Assembly: GCA_028277945.1 (NCBI GenBank)
Contig: JANQFH010000008.1
Coordinates: forward strand, 128,742-192,741
DNA length: 64,000 nt
Reading direction: 5' to 3'
From: Oligoflexia bacterium
Lineage (GTDB): Bacteria > Bdellovibrionota_G > JANQFH01
Position numbers and translations under genes: made by a program. Shown here one piece after another: positions 8,460 to 20,000 of this stretch. The notes beneath the pieces are model-generated. The model made no database searches and had not been told where the DNA came from. It saw only the letters and a program-made list of their open reading frames with translations. Within the stretch, counting starts at the first letter, position 1. Each line of letters opens with the position of its first letter.

Positions 8460-11400
8460 TTATAACTCGCCAGCAAGCACTTGTGCGGCCGCGAGCATGG
8501 CAGCCTGAGTGTTAAAGGCAAAGCCATCCACTTTCGAGGCCGTAAAGTTACTACTGTTTTTAAAGTGGTCGACTAAGGCCTTGGCCTGATCGATTGTGCT
8601 CAGCGCTGGGTTATAAACCCCGTAGAGCTGGGCGGCACGATCAAGATAGAAATTCACTTTGGCAGGATTGGCGCGCAGGCCAAAGGCAGCAACAGAGCCT
8701 GTCTCCTCGTTTTCAGTGATGCTCGAGTGTACGGGCGGTTGTGCTGCCGCGGGGACGTAGCTGCCCTGGCAAGCTGCAGGAACAGAGCCTGTTCCCCCAT
8801 AAACCTCAAAGTAGTGAAAGTTGTCATACTGTTTGTTATCGGAAAAACCAAGTATGTAGTAGATCGAATTCTTAAAGGGGTCCCAACCTGAAGTCAGCAT
8901 GCCACGTGTTGCTTCGGCTACGACGTTAGCAGCGGCCGCCTCTTTGGCCGGATCTTTGAATTCCCAGAAGGACTGCCATAGTGCTGTGGTGGCAAGGTGA
9001 ACAAAGGCCTCTTCAAAGGCCTGGGTGTTCCACATCTTGGATAGATCAATACCATCAAAGGATTTGTTGATGGTGCCGCTGTTGATATAGCCACTACAGA
9101 CAGAGCGTCCCTTGTCTAACAACTCTGAGTAAACCTCAAACCACTGTTTATTGTCACTACGCCACTCGGGTGTGGCGAGACGATAGGCAGCGGCAGCGAC
9201 CTGCAGCATCCACGCATGCCCACGTCCATGACCAAAACCTTGGTTTGTATGATTGCCAGGTGCGGCGGTAATCGTTCCACCCTGTTGGATGGAGGCTAAT
9301 TCCACAGCGGGGTTGGAGAACTGCATCAGCTGCGATACCCGTCTCAATGCCGGCATCATAGAGACACCCTGGTTGTCCAAAGTCGAGGTGGTGTAGGGTG
9401 TGTAGTTGTAAGTACCAATCCTTAGGGCACCATCGAGGCCGATAATCAACTTGGCTAGCGAGTCGTTGGCGAGCCAGGCTAGGGGTAGGTATAGGCGGCT
9501 GTACCGCACAAAGTGCGCATCGTCCGTGGGATAATAGAGAGCGCCACAGCCGTAACAGGAGTCATGGCCGATCATCTTGACCTGGTATCCTGGAGCTTGT
9601 TGGCCAATAGACTTATAGGTTGGATGGCCAGTTTGGCCTAAGAGCGCTGCTACATAACCAAAGGGATCGTCCTTCGGCCCCGTTGAATAACCAGAAGCGG
9701 GAATGGCAGGCGAGGGCCAGTTCTGATCCCAAGGTCCATTCCAGAAATTATAATAGGTCTGAAAAATGGCCCCGCTTGCTGCTTGGATATACTGAAACTC
9801 TTTAGGATCAAAGGGGTCGCCATTGGCAAGAAAGAGCGCCTGGGGTTGTCGATCGGTATGCATAAAGAACTGGAGTTTCAGCCAATTGATACCGTCACTC
9901 CATGCACTCTGTGCTGTACCCGTACCCTCGAGCATGTGGATGTTCTTGCCCCCTGTGGTACCACCACCCATTCCACCAAGCGGATGTGCGGTTCCCATGG
10001 ATTTGTTGTGGACATCCAATGCGGTATCGATGCTGCCGCTCTCGCGTACCTGCTTGAGGGCGTTGAAGTCGCTGGAGAGTTTGTTGCGAATACCCTGGGC
10101 GCCAATAAAATCAATATTGGGTAGTAGTTGGTTTTGTGGAAAGTAACGCGCCGTCAGCGGATTCCACCAGGAGAAGTAGCGATCTCCCTCTGAGTTGGTG
10201 CCCGGTTGTACAAAGGCCAACCCCTCTTCATCCAAGAGCTCTTTAGCTCGGGCGATAGCTGCAGGGTTGTCAGGAACCAAGGCTAAGCGTTCCAATCTCA
10301 TGGCGCGTGGTCCAAAGAGATGCAGTTCATTCGCGGTATCAACGGTAAAAAACTGCGAATCGCTACTGTTGATCTCGCGAAATAAAAAGTGCAAATCAGT
10401 GTTGGTGGGGCAGGGCAGAGAGAAACTCGCATCACAGTAGTCTTGCCAAAAGGGATGCGGTGCCCATTGGACTAAGCGCCAACCTAGCGGCACCTCAATG
10501 CCGAGCGCCTTAAAATAGGTGTAGCCGTTGGGCTTGATGTCAGAGCCGTGATCGGCAAGCATGGTAAGGCCGCCAGGCAGGTTCTTACCCACCGGACCGT
10601 TGTTAAGCATCAAATCGAGAAAAATCACCTCCTGGTCACTCATGGTCGAGATAGCGGCGTGCACCCCAACAAGATGATCATAGTCTCCAGAGCCCGATGC
10701 CGTAGTGGGTTCCATGGTACCGTAAGTGAGCGCGGTTGATTTAACCGGTCCAAAGCGTTCCGCCTTGGTGCTTCCGGTTCCGGCAAAAAGATCGAGCAGG
10801 TGTATACGATCTTGATGGTCGGCGGCAACGATGTTCAGCGCTGCCCCACTATCCAGCAAACCGCGTATACTGCCAGGCAGATTGTTCGGTTGTTGCAAAA
10901 GCTCCCTGGCACTCGCTCCTGCAGGAGGTTTTGGATAGGTCGCCTTTCCTATGAAAACACCATACTCCACCATGCCCTCGGCATCGGCGGCCATGCTGTT
11001 AGGGACCTCAGCCATCACCTCAACCACATCTGCGCCTGCGGCAGGATTGGCAAAGCGGCTGACGATTTCGGTTTGTAGCGGTATGGAATTGCCTTCGCCA
11101 TCTTTAGTGGCAAAAGGCGTTTCAATGGCGTTTTCGAGATTGTTGCTGGGAAAGACTCCAGGTATCAAGGGCAGGGTGGCGCGCAAGATAAAGCTGGTTG
11201 CCGAGCTGTCGGGCTTCTTGAGTTTGAGTTTGGCTATATCGAGACCAGCAGGAAGATCTATGGAGAAGTCACCGCCAGAAGAGCCGCTATCGTTTTCAGA
11301 ACCACCACCTCCGCCACCATCTGAAGAGGCTGCCGTGCCCAGATCTTGGTTGTCGACCTCCTCGCCACTGTTGCCATTGAGGACGCTACCAAAACATCCC

Positions 11401-11471
11401 GAGAGGCTAAGCAAGGCCAGGGCTAAGAGAAGCGTATATATATAATGTTTACGCCGTTGAAGCAGGCGCAT
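8460..11471 (-). CDS. Large lipoprotein (about 1000 aa from ATG 11471; track gives 11522), unknown function, Gly-rich linker after lipobox. Paralog of 61027-63780
   Basis: Lipobox LLLALALLSLSGCFGS. GGGGGGSENDSGSSGG linker. Strong RBS AAAGGGGGGA 7 nt before ATG at 11471. Collinear similarity to the 63780 gene (FILRATLPL/FILHGTLPL, LFSWWNPLTARY/LFSWWHKASARF, RLDLRINNGP/FLDLMLNNGP). Confidence 0.7.
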   Translation of the reverse strand: MRLLQRRKHYIYTLLLALALLSLSGCFGSVLNGNSGEEVDNQDLGTAASSDGGGGGGSENDSGSSGGDFSIDLPAGLDIAKLKLKKPDSSATSFILRATLPLIPGVFPSNNLENAIETPFATKDGEGNSIPLQTEIVSRFANPAAGADVVEVMAEVPNSMAADAEGMVEYGVFIGKATYPKPPAGASARELLQQPNNLPGSIRGLLDSGAALNIVAADHQDRIHLLDLFAGTGSTKAERFGPVKSTALTYGTMEPTTASGSGDYDHLVGVHAAISTMSDQEVIFLDLMLNNGPVGKNLPGGLTMLADHGSDIKPNGYTYFKALGIEVPLGWRLVQWAPHPFWQDYCDASFSLPCPTNTDLHFLFREINSSDSQFFTVDTANELHLFGPRAMRLERLALVPDNPAAIARAKELLDEEGLAFVQPGTNSEGDRYFSWWNPLTARYFPQNQLLPNIDFIGAQGIRNKLSSDFNALKQVRESGSIDTALDVHNKSMGTAHPLGGMGGGTTGGKNIHMLEGTGTAQSAWSDGINWLKLQFFMHTDRQPQALFLANGDPFDPKEFQYIQAASGAIFQTYYNFWNGPWDQNWPSPAIPASGYSTGPKDDPFGYVAALLGQTGHPTYKSIGQQAPGYQVKMIGHDSCYGCGALYYPTDDAHFVRYSRLYLPLAWLANDSLAKLIIGLDGALRIGTYNYTPYTTSTLDNQGVSMMPALRRVSQLMQFSNPAVELASIQQGGTITAAPGNHTNQGFGHGRGHAWMLQVAAAAYRLATPEWRSDNKQWFEVYSELLDKGRSVCSGYINSGTINKSFDGIDLSKMWNTQAFEEAFVHLATTALWQSFWEFKDPAKEAAAANVVAEATRGMLTSGWDPFKNSIYYILGFSDNKQYDNFHYFEVYGGTGSVPAACQGSYVPAAAQPPVHSSITENEETGSVAAFGLRANPAKVNFYLDRAAQLYGVYNPALSTIDQAKALVDHFKNSSNFTASKVDGFAFNTQAAMLAAAQVLAGEL

Positions 11472-11567
11472 GTGAATCCCCCCTTTACGCTGCCTATAAA
11501 GCAAAGCTGGTGCCAAAAGCAATTTTAGTAATATTAGATAGTTAGAACTTTAGAGGCGAAGCCCTCT

Positions 11568-11614
11568 ATTCGAAAGTCAAACAGTGAGTATTTTCTGGCG
11601 TAGTGCTTTCGAAT
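11568..11614. promoter_or_regulatory. 9-10 bp inverted repeat (ATTCGAAAGT ... GCTTTCGAAT) spaced about 29 bp apart, in the 212-bp divergent promoter region between the 8460-11471 and 11735-14002 genes. Candidate operator
   Basis: Read directly from sequence; lies in the only sizeable intergenic region between two divergently transcribed lipoprotein genes. Confidence 0.3.
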
Positions 11615-11734
11615 TGAGAGAGAACTTTTGTTTTCACATGAAAATTCAACTCTCTGTTTATACGTGGGTTTTTACCTAGGCAGATGGCCCAGGATTTGCA
11701 TTCCAAGCGTGAGGAAGGGAGTTAACCCGGCTAC

Positions 11735-14002
11735 ATGAAGAAGCTTTTTACCAGCAGCAAAAATGGGTGGGCCGGCAAGCTCGTTACCCTGGTCTTATCT
11801 GTGGTCCTACTGTTTGTGCTGGCAAGCTGTAACACCTCCATCCATGGAACTGATAGCAGTGCCGACAGCACCGACGAAAATGCTGCCGGCTCCCTTAGTG
11901 ACGAGCTCGGTGACGACAGCGGTGGCGACAGCGGTGGCGGTGTTGATCTCATTAACGCCATACTGAACCCAGCAGACTACAATGCCTTAGAATTGATTGA
12001 GTATGATGCCTACGTTTATCCAGGCGAGCACGGCAAGATCGTTGCCGCAGCTACGGGCATCGACCTTGAGGGTTTGTCCTTGACTGTCTTCTTTGTGGAT
12101 GCCGCAGCCATTGACCCGACAAATCCGCTCGAGATGTTTCCGCAGGCTTATGCCAAAGATGATCTAGTTGAAAATCCCGGTAGTGAGCTTGGGGCTCCCC
12201 CAGGAGCGGGGTCCTACAATTTCATGGCGCCGCTCACCACGCCAGTTCCAACCAAATTTATTGTCTTTGCTGGGCTGAAAGTTGACAACAAGGCCTACGT
12301 CACTCAACAGCCCTTTGAAATCAACGTGATTGCGGCGTCCTCTAACCCCACCATAAAACCCAAGGCTGGTTTTGATGGTATCAACGGTTTTGATGGACCC
12401 ACGCCGCCACCCCCGCCGTTTGGTTCGGGTCCAGGTGCAAATGCCAAGGCGATTGCACGGTTTTTCTCGGTAAACAAGCGTACCCTGTATGAAGAGATCG
12501 CCATTGGCGTGATTGCTTACCACATCAACGGTATCGATCGTGTTGAGTTTGCCGTTGAGGGCGGTAAGTGGGAGACGGTAACACAACCCTCGACCAACCC
12601 AGACACTGGGATTAAAAACGAATACTGGGTCAAAGTGAATCCGGACGATTTTCCAGATGGACCTCCTGATGGTGTGTCGCTTGCAACCAAAGAGGGCTAT
12701 GAGATTCGTGCCATTGCTTATCCAAAGAACGCCGGTGAGCCGCGTCTGCTCTCACTCTACTTTAGTACCAATGCAAAAGGGACGCTACCCGAGACCAAGG
12801 TTTGGGTCGATGTGAATGGTGACGACAGCTCTGGCGATGGCACGGCTAGCAAACCAGTGAGAACCATTGCCCGTGCAGCGCAGCTAGCGCAAGAGACACA
12901 AGGCAGCGTTGATGGGGCAACTGCTTATCTCAATCCAGGAACCTACGACTTTGGTCCACCCAAAAGTGGCGTCGCTCCCATTAATAAACGTCGCTGGTTT
13001 ACCATTAGCGCCGCCCCAGGGGTTGACCGCTCACAAGCGATCTTGCAGCAGGGCAGCGATGATACCGGTCTCAAAATCAGGTTGGTGAAGCTAGAAAATC
13101 TAACCTTAACCTCGCCGCTAAAAACAAAAAAACAGGCCTCACCCGCACCGCTCAAAGAGTCCTCTATTTATTTAGAAGGCGTGCGTGCGAAGGGTCCAGA
13201 CCAACAAAAAGAGGCTTCGTTTTGGTTTGGTTCAGACTGGACCGGTCGTTTCGCTGTCAACACAGAGACGAGCGATGCCAAGTACTGCATCGGCGCCACT
13301 GGCGCCACCCTGATTGCTTTTTGCTACTGTCATGAAATTGGCAGCGATGTTTTTAACAACGTCGGGACCTTAGTCAACAACCTAGTCATCAATATCCAAA
13401 AACTCGTTGGAGCTGTACCACCCTGGCATCCCGATTCGATTCAGTATGGTATCAACTCATTTGGGGATGCCAATGCGATTGCACAGGGGAACACAGTTTT
13501 AAATGGCGATGATGCGCAGGGACCCTTTGTTAAGCTCAGCGATTCGAAGAATCCGCTTGAAAATATTGTGTATGCTAACAACGTCTTTGAAACAGGTGTC
13601 TCCGGCAAGGTTGAGCCGGCGAAATTGAACCACATACTGTTTATCAACAATAGCATTGATAAGAGCTCCCTCATTTGGCGTAATCCAAAGGAGGACTCGG
13701 AAAACGTCATGTACCATGGTAATATTTCAAATTTCAAGGTGTATCCTGCCACGGTTAGCGTTGATGAAGCGTGGTTTAAATGGAACCACTTTTTAGGCTC
13801 TGAAACCTACGGTGATTACTTTACCACGGGTGATCCGGGCTACATCGATCCTGCCAACGATAACTACGGCCTTCTGCCCACCTCACCCAACAAAGACGTG
13901 AACATCAGCCCGCTCTTTCCGATTCTCGTACCCATGGATGGCCTTGGCGTTGATCGTGCCACCACCTCAGGCCCCACTTCCAGCAAGGGTGCCCGCGAGT
14001 AA
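11735..14002 (+). CDS. Lipoprotein with probable right-handed parallel beta-helix (pectate-lyase fold) domain
   Basis: Lipobox VLLFVLASCNTS. Motif VNGDDSSGDGTASKPVRTIARAAQLAQETQGSVDGATAYLNPGTYDF resembles the N-terminal cap/first turns of beta-helix proteins. Repetitive N/G/V-rich C-terminal part. Confidence 0.5.
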   Translation: MKKLFTSSKNGWAGKLVTLVLSVVLLFVLASCNTSIHGTDSSADSTDENAAGSLSDELGDDSGGDSGGGVDLINAILNPADYNALELIEYDAYVYPGEHGKIVAAATGIDLEGLSLTVFFVDAAAIDPTNPLEMFPQAYAKDDLVENPGSELGAPPGAGSYNFMAPLTTPVPTKFIVFAGLKVDNKAYVTQQPFEINVIAASSNPTIKPKAGFDGINGFDGPTPPPPPFGSGPGANAKAIARFFSVNKRTLYEEIAIGVIAYHINGIDRVEFAVEGGKWETVTQPSTNPDTGIKNEYWVKVNPDDFPDGPPDGVSLATKEGYEIRAIAYPKNAGEPRLLSLYFSTNAKGTLPETKVWVDVNGDDSSGDGTASKPVRTIARAAQLAQETQGSVDGATAYLNPGTYDFGPPKSGVAPINKRRWFTISAAPGVDRSQAILQQGSDDTGLKIRLVKLENLTLTSPLKTKKQASPAPLKESSIYLEGVRAKGPDQQKEASFWFGSDWTGRFAVNTETSDAKYCIGATGATLIAFCYCHEIGSDVFNNVGTLVNNLVINIQKLVGAVPPWHPDSIQYGINSFGDANAIAQGNTVLNGDDAQGPFVKLSDSKNPLENIVYANNVFETGVSGKVEPAKLNHILFINNSIDKSSLIWRNPKEDSENVMYHGNISNFKVYPATVSVDEAWFKWNHFLGSETYGDYFTTGDPGYIDPANDNYGLLPTSPNKDVNISPLFPILVPMDGLGVDRATTSGPTSSKGARE

Positions 14003-14030
14003 GGGTATTTCGTCCAAGATATCAATTGGT

Positions 14031-17000
14031 TTAGCGGACCCGAATAGAAACAGCTTGAGCGCGTTGCACGATGGAAGTTAAAGCACTTGGATTGAACGTG
14101 GTTAATTTACCAACGACTTGCATGGCTGGACCGATCTGATTATCGCGAATCCCTGCTGCAGGGAGGTGAGCAGTAAATTGACCACTGCTGAGAAGCTGCT
14201 GCAGTCGGGTTTGGGAGTAGTCTCGTGCTATCTGCCGTCCCGCCTCTGCGCGGCCAAGCCTCCCTTCTAGCGGTTCTGGTTCCTCGTCTAGGGGATGAGC
14301 GTACTGCATTACCAAAGGACGTCCTTGATCTGTTGAAAAGAAGAGAGCAAGTAAACGGGTGAGATCTCTCAACAGAGCTGCATCTTCTAGAGTTCCATCT
14401 GCCTTGCGTTGCCATAAGACTTTATGGTAGGTGACCAAAATTGCCGTTGCCTCTTCAACAGCTTGTTGATTGGCGCGTATTTGTTGGATCCTTGCCTGTA
14501 GTTGCTGCGCATGCCTGAGAGCAGACGTTCTCGGGTTCAAGCGGGGATTTCGATCGCTTCGAAAGTGATCAACAATCTGCCTTGCCAGCTGCTCGAGCCA
14601 CAGTAGTTCCGGCAACTCGATAGTGTCGACCGGTTGCAATGACTCGCCTCCTCTTTGTTGGCTTTGATAAAATTCTCCTAGTTGATCTAGTACGAACCCA
14701 TGGACGTCTCTGCTGTCTTGGCCGTGGTTCCACAACTGCAAGAATTCAGCAACAGTGTCGGCGTCAAATAGGTCCACATGGTTGGCTACCAGGTAATAGG
14801 TAAAGAGGCTGCTAACCTGCACTTCTGAAATAGCGTGTTTAAGGCCGTGTTGGAACAGAGAAAAGCTACCTCCTGTCGACGGGTCGTCAAAATGTATCAT
14901 GGCATAGAGATCGCTAAGCGCCCCAGCACGGCTGCGGGCATCCGGTGCCTCCAGCGCAACGAGAAAGATGGCATCGAGGATTTCCGCCACCGTTGACCAT
15001 TCCGAATAGGAACGCAACTTCATGGCAATGGCACTGTAAGCATTACCGGGGTTTATCGTCGTGTTTGGCGTTGCGGCTCGTTGGGCGCTGTGTCGTTCAT
15101 AGACGCCGCTGAGAACACGCATACCAATCTCACGCTGCTGCTCTAAGGGGGAGTGGCGGGCGAGCAGTCGTGCGGCACTGATTGCCGCTAGCGGCGGTTC
15201 GTCGGCACCTTGGGACAAATCAGTCCAATGGAGAAGAGCCGCAGTGAGCTGTGACCATGCACTGTCGCTATCATCCGTACCGAGCGAAAAAATCAGCGTC
15301 TCCAGAGCTAAAGCTGTTAGACGAGAATCGCCTGATTGCCGGACGAAGTTGGCAAGTGGGTTACGCCCGTGTTGTGCCAGCTCCCGGAGGTGCCTGCTCG
15401 CGCTGTCTCGATATTCAACATCTGGATCACCCCAGGCATGCTTTAAGTATGTCTGCAAATAATCCGACTGAGCCTCTCCAGCATCGGGAGGGTTCACAAA
15501 AATCTTATCAGGAAGGGAGACGAACACATCACAACGTCTTCGTGACGCGTCCCAGGCAGCGCTCCGTTGTGTGGGAGTCACATGTTTGCTATAGGGAGGT
15601 ACCGTGGTAATTCCATATCGCAGCCATCCTATATCTCTTTTGGTTGGCGGTGCTCGCAGTCCAGTGGTATGACTACCTAAAGGTAATTGGAGTTGGCTAC
15701 CCAGTCGTGTCCTTGCCTCAGCATTGACGCTCTCTAGCACTTGCACCGCCTCCTGCTGGTTTGCCTCACCTGGTGGACGGCCGGCAAAGAAGGTAGTGAT
15801 GTGATAGGCAGCCAATTTGGCGGTGTCACTCAGCGAAGCAAACAGGCGTGCTGCTAAACCTTCCGTGACAAACAGCGGTGTTGCCTGCGTGCGCAGTAGC
15901 TCCAGGTAGCTCGGCTGTTCGGTTGGCGAGCTTTGGCAGCGTTGGACAATCTGCTGCAATGCGAGCAACCAATGGGTGATTTCCGGCCTAAGACTACTGT
16001 AACGAACGTCATCAGCGGCAATGGATGCGAGCAGATCTACGTGTAAATTTTCTCTGTCTATTCTATCTAGCTCGGCAGTTGCCGATTGTCTGGCTTCAGT
16101 ATCACCCGGCGCAAGTGCCAAACCTTGTAGTACTAACCAGATGCGCATAGCACTGCCATAGTCTCCACGATCATAGCTTGCTTGCATGGCTTCATAGCCG
16201 ACGCGCTCTGTAGCTAAGAGAGAGGCCAGTCCATTAGTAACGCGTGCGCGTATGTTGCTAAGATAAATTTGAAAGAGAGAATCCATGGTGTCATCAGCAA
16301 AGGTTCCTCTGGCTGCGATCCACTCTCCGGGTTCAAAACCCAGCTCTTTGAGCCACTCCCTAGAGAAGGCGAGGTTCCAGAGCAGTTGTAACGCGTTGGG
16401 GGAATCCGCGGATTGCCGTTCTATAATGGTAATAAGGCTCTCCGTGACGGTCGCATAGGCCATCTGCACGGATTCGCAGCCATTCAGTTCCCAAAAGAAC
16501 AGGGCGCGGGTTATTTCGAGCCGTTCTATGGCCCAGTCATACGCCGGATCGGCCACACGTTGAGCTAGAGTCAAGGCAAGCTGTCTATAGGATGCAACCT
16601 GCGGGTGGTTGCTTAATTTAAGCAGCGCTTGCATGGCATCGTCGGTACGTAACGACCGTAACGCCCCTTGGCGATGTGCGCTATTGGTGTCGTGGGTTGC
16701 TGTCTCCAAAGTCTGCCAAAGCCAATCATCGGGAGTCTTGGCATTACGCTCACTTTCCTGTTGACGGTTACCACCACCACCCCACGGTAGAATAGTGTGG
16801 CCACCGCGGCTAGGATGGCGCGGCGGATCCAAGTTGGCACGCAGCCCAGGATCATGCCCGGTTGGCCGCATACCGACACGCTCCATGGCGGCTTGAATGT
16901 CTGTTTCAAAGGCTACCAACCCTCTGATGTTTTCTGTGAACGGCGGCGGGCCATCTGGCAGTTGCACGCATCTATTAGCAGTGTCCAGCAGTTGTCGGGC

Positions 17001-20000
17001 GAGCCGACGTATTAACGGGCTAGCTGAGTTGGCGTGGCGATCCAGAGAACCACTGTTGGCAAGCGCTTGCACCATCAAACTAGCGGGACTGACTATGGCT
17101 TGCGGCTCAAGGCGTTCGTCACGCAAGCTGCGATCCAACGCTAAGAGAGCGAGGGCACGATCCCAAACCGACACATCTTCGCCACGCAGATGATGAGCTG
17201 CTTGACGGCTTTCCACCATCTCTTCTGCTTGGGCCTGAGACACCACGCTACCCACGTTCACGGCGCGCTCGCAGAGATAGTGCAGCTGTTGCGCAGCACG
17301 CATACGAACATCCTCAGGCAGGTCAGGATCGACAATGGCTAGGTTGAGAAGCATCATCCAACGCAACCAGTCTTCATGGGCGTGCGGCTCCTGCCGCTCT
17401 CGAGTTTCTAGATCGGTTAATATCCTATCGTCTAGAATCAGCAGCACCACATTGACGCCCAATGTAGCGTAAGCCAGACGCTGCAACCCATCTTGATTTC
17501 CAGGTCTTGCTGCCATGTGTTCAGAAGGTGTTAACTTATGATTCACTAGGGGGAGCTCCGTGGTCTCTTCCCGCGGGGCTAATGGTGATGTTGATCTAGC
17601 CTGTTCATCCCCGCTCATAGCCTGAAGCAGGCGTTGAGCCTCCATGAGCATTGGGGACAGATTAACCTCGCCTCCCCCATCTGCCAGTGCAGCATGGCCA
17701 CTTCTACGCAGGATCCTTACTAACAGCGACTGTAATTCTTCAATGCAAAAAACAACTGATTCTAAATACTCTTTAGGTTCTATGCCTTGAGCGTCTTTAC
17801 GGACTACGCGCATGGTTGGGGTCATAGATTCGAGTTGCATCCAAGCACGTAGGAAGACCATGCTGTTGTTGGCGCGTACAAATAGCGCTTCACGTGTAGG
17901 GTCCTGCAAACGACCAGCGGTTGTAAAAAGAATATCAATGAGTTCTAGGTCAGACATCAATTTCATGGCGATTTCTCTTAGTGATATTGAATGTTGGTTG
18001 GGTGGTTCTCCAGTAGTTAAAGCTTCCGCGAGTACAGCAAGCATACGACTGCCCTCTGGAAACGAGAGTGCCATTAGCTCCGCGTGGAGAGCAGGATCTG
18101 AGGTTCCTGCTCTGGCATCTGTTTGGGGTGGTTCCAGTTCATCCAATACATCAGCAAGAAATGCACGAAAACCCTCACCGTCGCGCCAGGTAGCAAGGGC
18201 CTCCTCTAAACGGCTGGCTGCTTCAGCATGCTGTCCAGACCCAGCAATTGCCGCCCGGAAATTTGCCACTGCCTCAAGCAACCTCACGGTTGTTTCCCGA
18301 TCGTATGGAGAGGTGAGCATGCCCGCAAACCGTTCTCCACGGAAAAATCCGGCATAGATCGGTAATAACTCTGCGTGCAGTTCAACATCGTAAAACCAGG
18401 CGAGGTTGAGGATATCTAGGGCAAGTTGCACGTAATCTCCTGGTGCCTCTGCCTTGACCAAAGAGCCGATCCGGGCAAAACTGCCGGTTCGCGAGAGACG
18501 TGCCAAAGTTGCCTCACGCACAGAGAGTCCACTGCCTCGCACTAGGGCATCATCACCATTCGATAGGGCTGCGTGAATAAGCGTCAGCACGGCTTCTGCT
18601 AATTTAGGATTTTCCTCTAGCAGCGTAGTTTCTATCGCTAGCAAAGGACCAGGGGAGAGCAAATCAACCAACTCCTCGGCCACAACCTGCCCTCCATGGA
18701 TCCAAGTGGTTAAGAGCTCAACCATTGCAGTTGCAATTTCTAAATCCTCTGCCGACGGTTGTTGTGTTGCTGTAGGTGCAGCCAAGCATCTCTGTAAAAA
18801 TTGGCGCATAGGCCAGAGTGCTGCGTTTGCGCCTTCAGCGTAACGCCAGGTCCTATCTTCGGAAAAATAGAATGCACGCATCGCCTCCAAGCGCTGCGCT
18901 GTTGGGAGGCTTTCATCTAACATTGTTGCAAACCAGAGAGCAGTCTGCTGTTGCGGATGTGCCGTACCGGGATCTGGATTAAGACGGTGTTTGGTCAGGT
19001 AGCGAATCTCTGTTGGCGGGAAATAGTTGTCGAGAAAAGTTTGACAGTTAGTTCTCACCGCGCCATCGTAGATCTCTACACCGTCCAGAGCCAACCTGAG
19101 AGCGAGCAGGCGTAATAATCGATTCTTGTCAGGCGTATTCCAGGTTGTAAACCGGCCGCCGCTACGGATCGACTCCGAAAAAATGCCATGCGCTTGTTCG
19201 GTAGCTACATGTGAAACATCTGGGTTCAAGAGCGCGTAGCGTAGTACTAAGAGAAATCCAACGAGCTCTCTGGTCTCGCCTGCCGGCGCTTTTGCACTAC
19301 CGCTGTAGCTTTCGGTAAGGCGGTAACTTGTAGTCAGCACTCTTTCTACTACCAATCCGAACTCTTGACGATCAAGTGCTCCTGAGTCTGGTTTAAGAAA
19401 AACGCTCTCCAATGGAATGTTGCGTTCAAAAGCTTCAAAGATAGTCTGCAAGCCTACACGGTAAGAGAAGCTGCCAGACTCGCTCATCGCTAAGCTTATG
19501 AGCAGCTCATAAAAAAGCTCTGGGTTCTCCTGCCAAGCGTCTTCGCCACGGCCAAGGAGCTGTTGTGCTTCTACGACCAAATTGTGCAAGCTTGGCTTTT
19601 GGGACTCCGCACCATTACGAATCTGGTTTTGGCTTACGGCAGCGGCTTCCCGCTGAAACCAAATCATGTCGGTTATGTCATGACCGGTATCACCGCGCGC
19701 TTCAGCAACGGCTAAAAACATGGTGCGGGCGCGTTGCTGTTGCCGCGCATCCACACCCACAACGTTGCCCCTGTAGATGGCGATTAAGCAATGTCTCGCG
19801 GCATCGGCTAGCTCTCCATCAGAGCTTTGGGCGAGGTGTTCTAAGAGTGAGGGGCCGCTCGGTTCAGCATCGGTATAAGGCGCTAACAGCCTCGAGGCTA
19901 GTCCGTGGATACTTGTTACTGACACATCTGTACTGGGCCCATCCGTTTCAGACGTAGCCCTCTCTACCGCAGGTGAGTAGGACCAGAGAATCGCCTCAAG

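Noticed and set aside
10951-11445. 164-aa plus-strand ORF antisense to the lipoprotein gene 8460-11471 (also 9783-10146, 10195-10440)
   Set aside because: Overlaps a well-supported long gene with paralog; Pro/Ser/Ala-rich antisense translation.
17812-18357. 181-aa plus-strand ORF (and many other 60-200 aa ORFs such as 23134-23730, 19565-19957, 15251-15610) inside the giant gene on the opposite strand
   Set aside because: Antisense ORFs of a GC-rich coding region; Ala/Arg/Ser-rich low-complexity products; fully overlapped by the 9.7-kb ORF which has a signal peptide and repeat structure.
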